Assembly: GCF_964204645.1 (NCBI RefSeq)
Contig: NC_134029.1
Span: 23,244,950 to 23,308,949 of the forward strand
Length of the DNA: 64,000 nt
Direction: 5' to 3'
From: Tubulanus polymorphus
Lineage: Eukaryota > Animalia > Nemertea
In this document: positions 61,801 to 64,000 of the stretch, in pieces
Position numbering within the stretch: the stretch's first letter is position 1
Layout of the letters: every line of letters starts with the position of its first letter
Program-made: the position numbers and the translations under genes
The notes under the pieces: generated by a model
Told to the model about the DNA's origin: nothing
The model's database searches: none
Seen by the model: only the letters and a program-made list of their open reading frames with translations

Positions 61801-62371
61801 GGGAAATTATATTCGTGCGCGTATGTATACACAAATCACGGCCGCCGCGTGCTTTGATTTGCGGGATCCGTCTCGATGATGGAATTTCGAGTAGCGCTTT
61901 GCGACGTGAAGCCGGCAATAAAAATGGCCGCGTCAGATTCCCCTAATGGGGTCTGTCAAATGTTAGCGACCCAATCAAATTACGCATTTGTTACCGGTAG
62001 TGAAATTAAAGATCCTCATATGGGAAACGGCCATTTTGGTGATGGTTATCTAAGCTTGATAAATTCAACGGAACATTACTGAAAGGATTGGTTGAACGGT
62101 GGTCATTGATCTTTGATCTCGAGCTTGTTGATTTAATCGATCACACTGTTGAACATAAAATGATGTCATCTTTTTATATCATCCTTTCTATTATAACAGT
62201 GCACAGGTTTTTCAATTGATCAACTGTTTTCGTGCGTCACATGTGAAATAATTCTAAAAAAAAACGCATTTTGACCGCGTCGAAAATACGTAGTATTCAC
62301 AATATTAATGTCTACACTTCCCAGTTCACTCTTCCCGGTATGACGTCACGAGTAACCTGAACAGAAAGCAA

Positions 62372-62465
62372 GAAGTTATCAGGAAGTGATCGATACCTGT
62401 TCTCTCTGTTCTCTTCCATTAAGTTTGCGTTTCCGTTCATTGGGCAGTTTGTATCAATTGGTTGT
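62372..62465 (+). repeat. Local dispersed repeat, second copy at about 63650-63732
   Basis: tcaggaagt.atcga.acctgttctct..gttcattggg.agtttgtatcaat shared. Confidence 0.7.
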
Positions 62466-64000
62466 AACGCGTTTGGCCGGACGTTTTGGGTCCTCTCTTT
62501 TTTCAGGTCAGGTAAGTTTTCGAACCCCTGCTTTCCGGGGTTACACATCGCTGAGGATTTGAGTAATAATTAGTTCAATACATTTTTTTTTAGTTCATTT
62601 GATTTGATTTCTCTTAGTTATTCAATAGGTTTCCGCGATATGTTTAAATTAATCTTTTTTGCTTTTTTTGCCAACTCGTTGCCCGGTAAGTTAGCTCATT
62701 CAAACTCATCGCCTGCCTCTCTCTCTCTCTCTCTTACTCTGGCTCGTGGATTGGGCCTCGTATAACATCAAGTCTCCTGATGACTGTCCACCACAAAACC
62801 CATTGACCGGCAGTAAAACTCTCAAGCCGTCAGTTCGGATAAGTGCAATTAATCCACGGGGAATTGTCGTCTTTGCTCAGTGCGGTTAAATCCGTATCGA
62901 CTAACAGGTGACAAAGACAGTAAATCCTTGTGTCATCTGCAAATCGAACATGACAAGAGATGACCACGGTATAATACCCTTATAATACTTACCCTTGTCA
63001 CCGGTTAAGACGTTTAAAGCCAGCTTCGGTCCGCTTTTCTTACTTGTCTATACGGTTTCGGCTCCGACAGGAGATGACAGGAGCCATCCTACGCAGTGTT
63101 TTAAGGAGTGACCAACAGTTTCCGGGATGGGCATGAAAGATAGTTGCTGATGCTTTGCGTTATGTAAACTTAAACATCATAAAAGAGTCATTGTGCACAG
63201 GTTATTGTTTTCATACATGAGTTATGCAGTGTAGGTCTATATACAGGGTTTGAAGTGTCATCGTTAATGCAGGCGTATCAATTTTCCGAATAATATTAAT
63301 TTGAGATGACAATCGAATTAACTGTCACTGCGTATTGTCAGAAATGAAGTGAAGAGCCAGAACTTAAAAGCATTTGTTATTGTGTTTTTTTTTTGGAATT
63401 AATAATGTAAAATTGCATTCGATGGTTATACGCAATATAGCAGTCGGATACAGTGTCGAAGCACTTGGGGATTAGGTTCTTTATGCGACCAAAAATTCCT
63501 TATTAATTTTTCATTTTTCTAAAGAATTTTTCTGTTCTATACGAAAAAATCGATCGAGCTCAAAACTGCCGGTCAAACGAAAGACGTGGAGGTTTTTGAA
63601 TGTAATTTGAGCTCATTGTACGCACGACACCTCGGCGACTGGAACACTAAGTTTTCAGGAAGTTATCGAGACCTGTTCTCTTCGATAAAGTTTCAGTTTC
63701 GGTTCATTGGGTAGTTTGTATCAATCGGTGGTGATCAACGTAATTAGATGTGACGGTCCGATCACGATAGATGATCACCGAAAAAGATCCGATCCCACAT
63801 CAATTTGTCGCTCATCTAAACAAGAGATCATTATCTCCATCAAAATGACAGGCGGCTGGCTATATTACCAGCATTCATCAAGCCAAGGTGACCAGGGGTC
63901 AGTTACTGTTGTCCAATTACCAGTCACTGCCGTAATTATCTATTAAATCAATACGAAGATATCGGTTCCAATGACGATAGTTCAGAGGACAAACAGTGAC

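Noticed and set aside
31600-64000. Numerous 60-120 aa ORFs in the ORF track
   Set aside because: No recognisable domains or consistent splice structure apart from the basonuclin exon; consistent with random ORFs.

Overview
AT-rich, intron-containing metazoan (probably invertebrate) genomic DNA, not prokaryotic. Left: a complete 19-exon UPF1 gene on the minus strand (7-8918, 1130 aa by my splice reconstruction, including one minor-spliceosome-type intron), head-to-head with a single-ORF ZIP/SLC39 zinc transporter (10261-11286). Middle: a ~15.3 kb block (13022-28365) bracketed by two near-identical 2.1 kb direct copies of the ZIP 3' half plus downstream DNA. The block is a nest of transposon debris (Gypsy gag/protease/RNase H, several LINE fragments, piggyBac-, Kolobok-, Harbinger-, Tc1- and AcademH/MULE-type MITEs, a Helitron 3' end) and carries an open-frame two-exon lectin/aerolysin (natterin-like) pore-forming toxin gene segment. 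Right (~31-64 kb): a mostly non-coding region holding the 5' part of a basonuclin/disconnected-family gene (conserved exon 55362-55464, candidate start exons) and an intronic tRNA-Lys(UUU). Most ORF-track entries there are spurious. All calls were made by eye from the sequence; no database searches were run.
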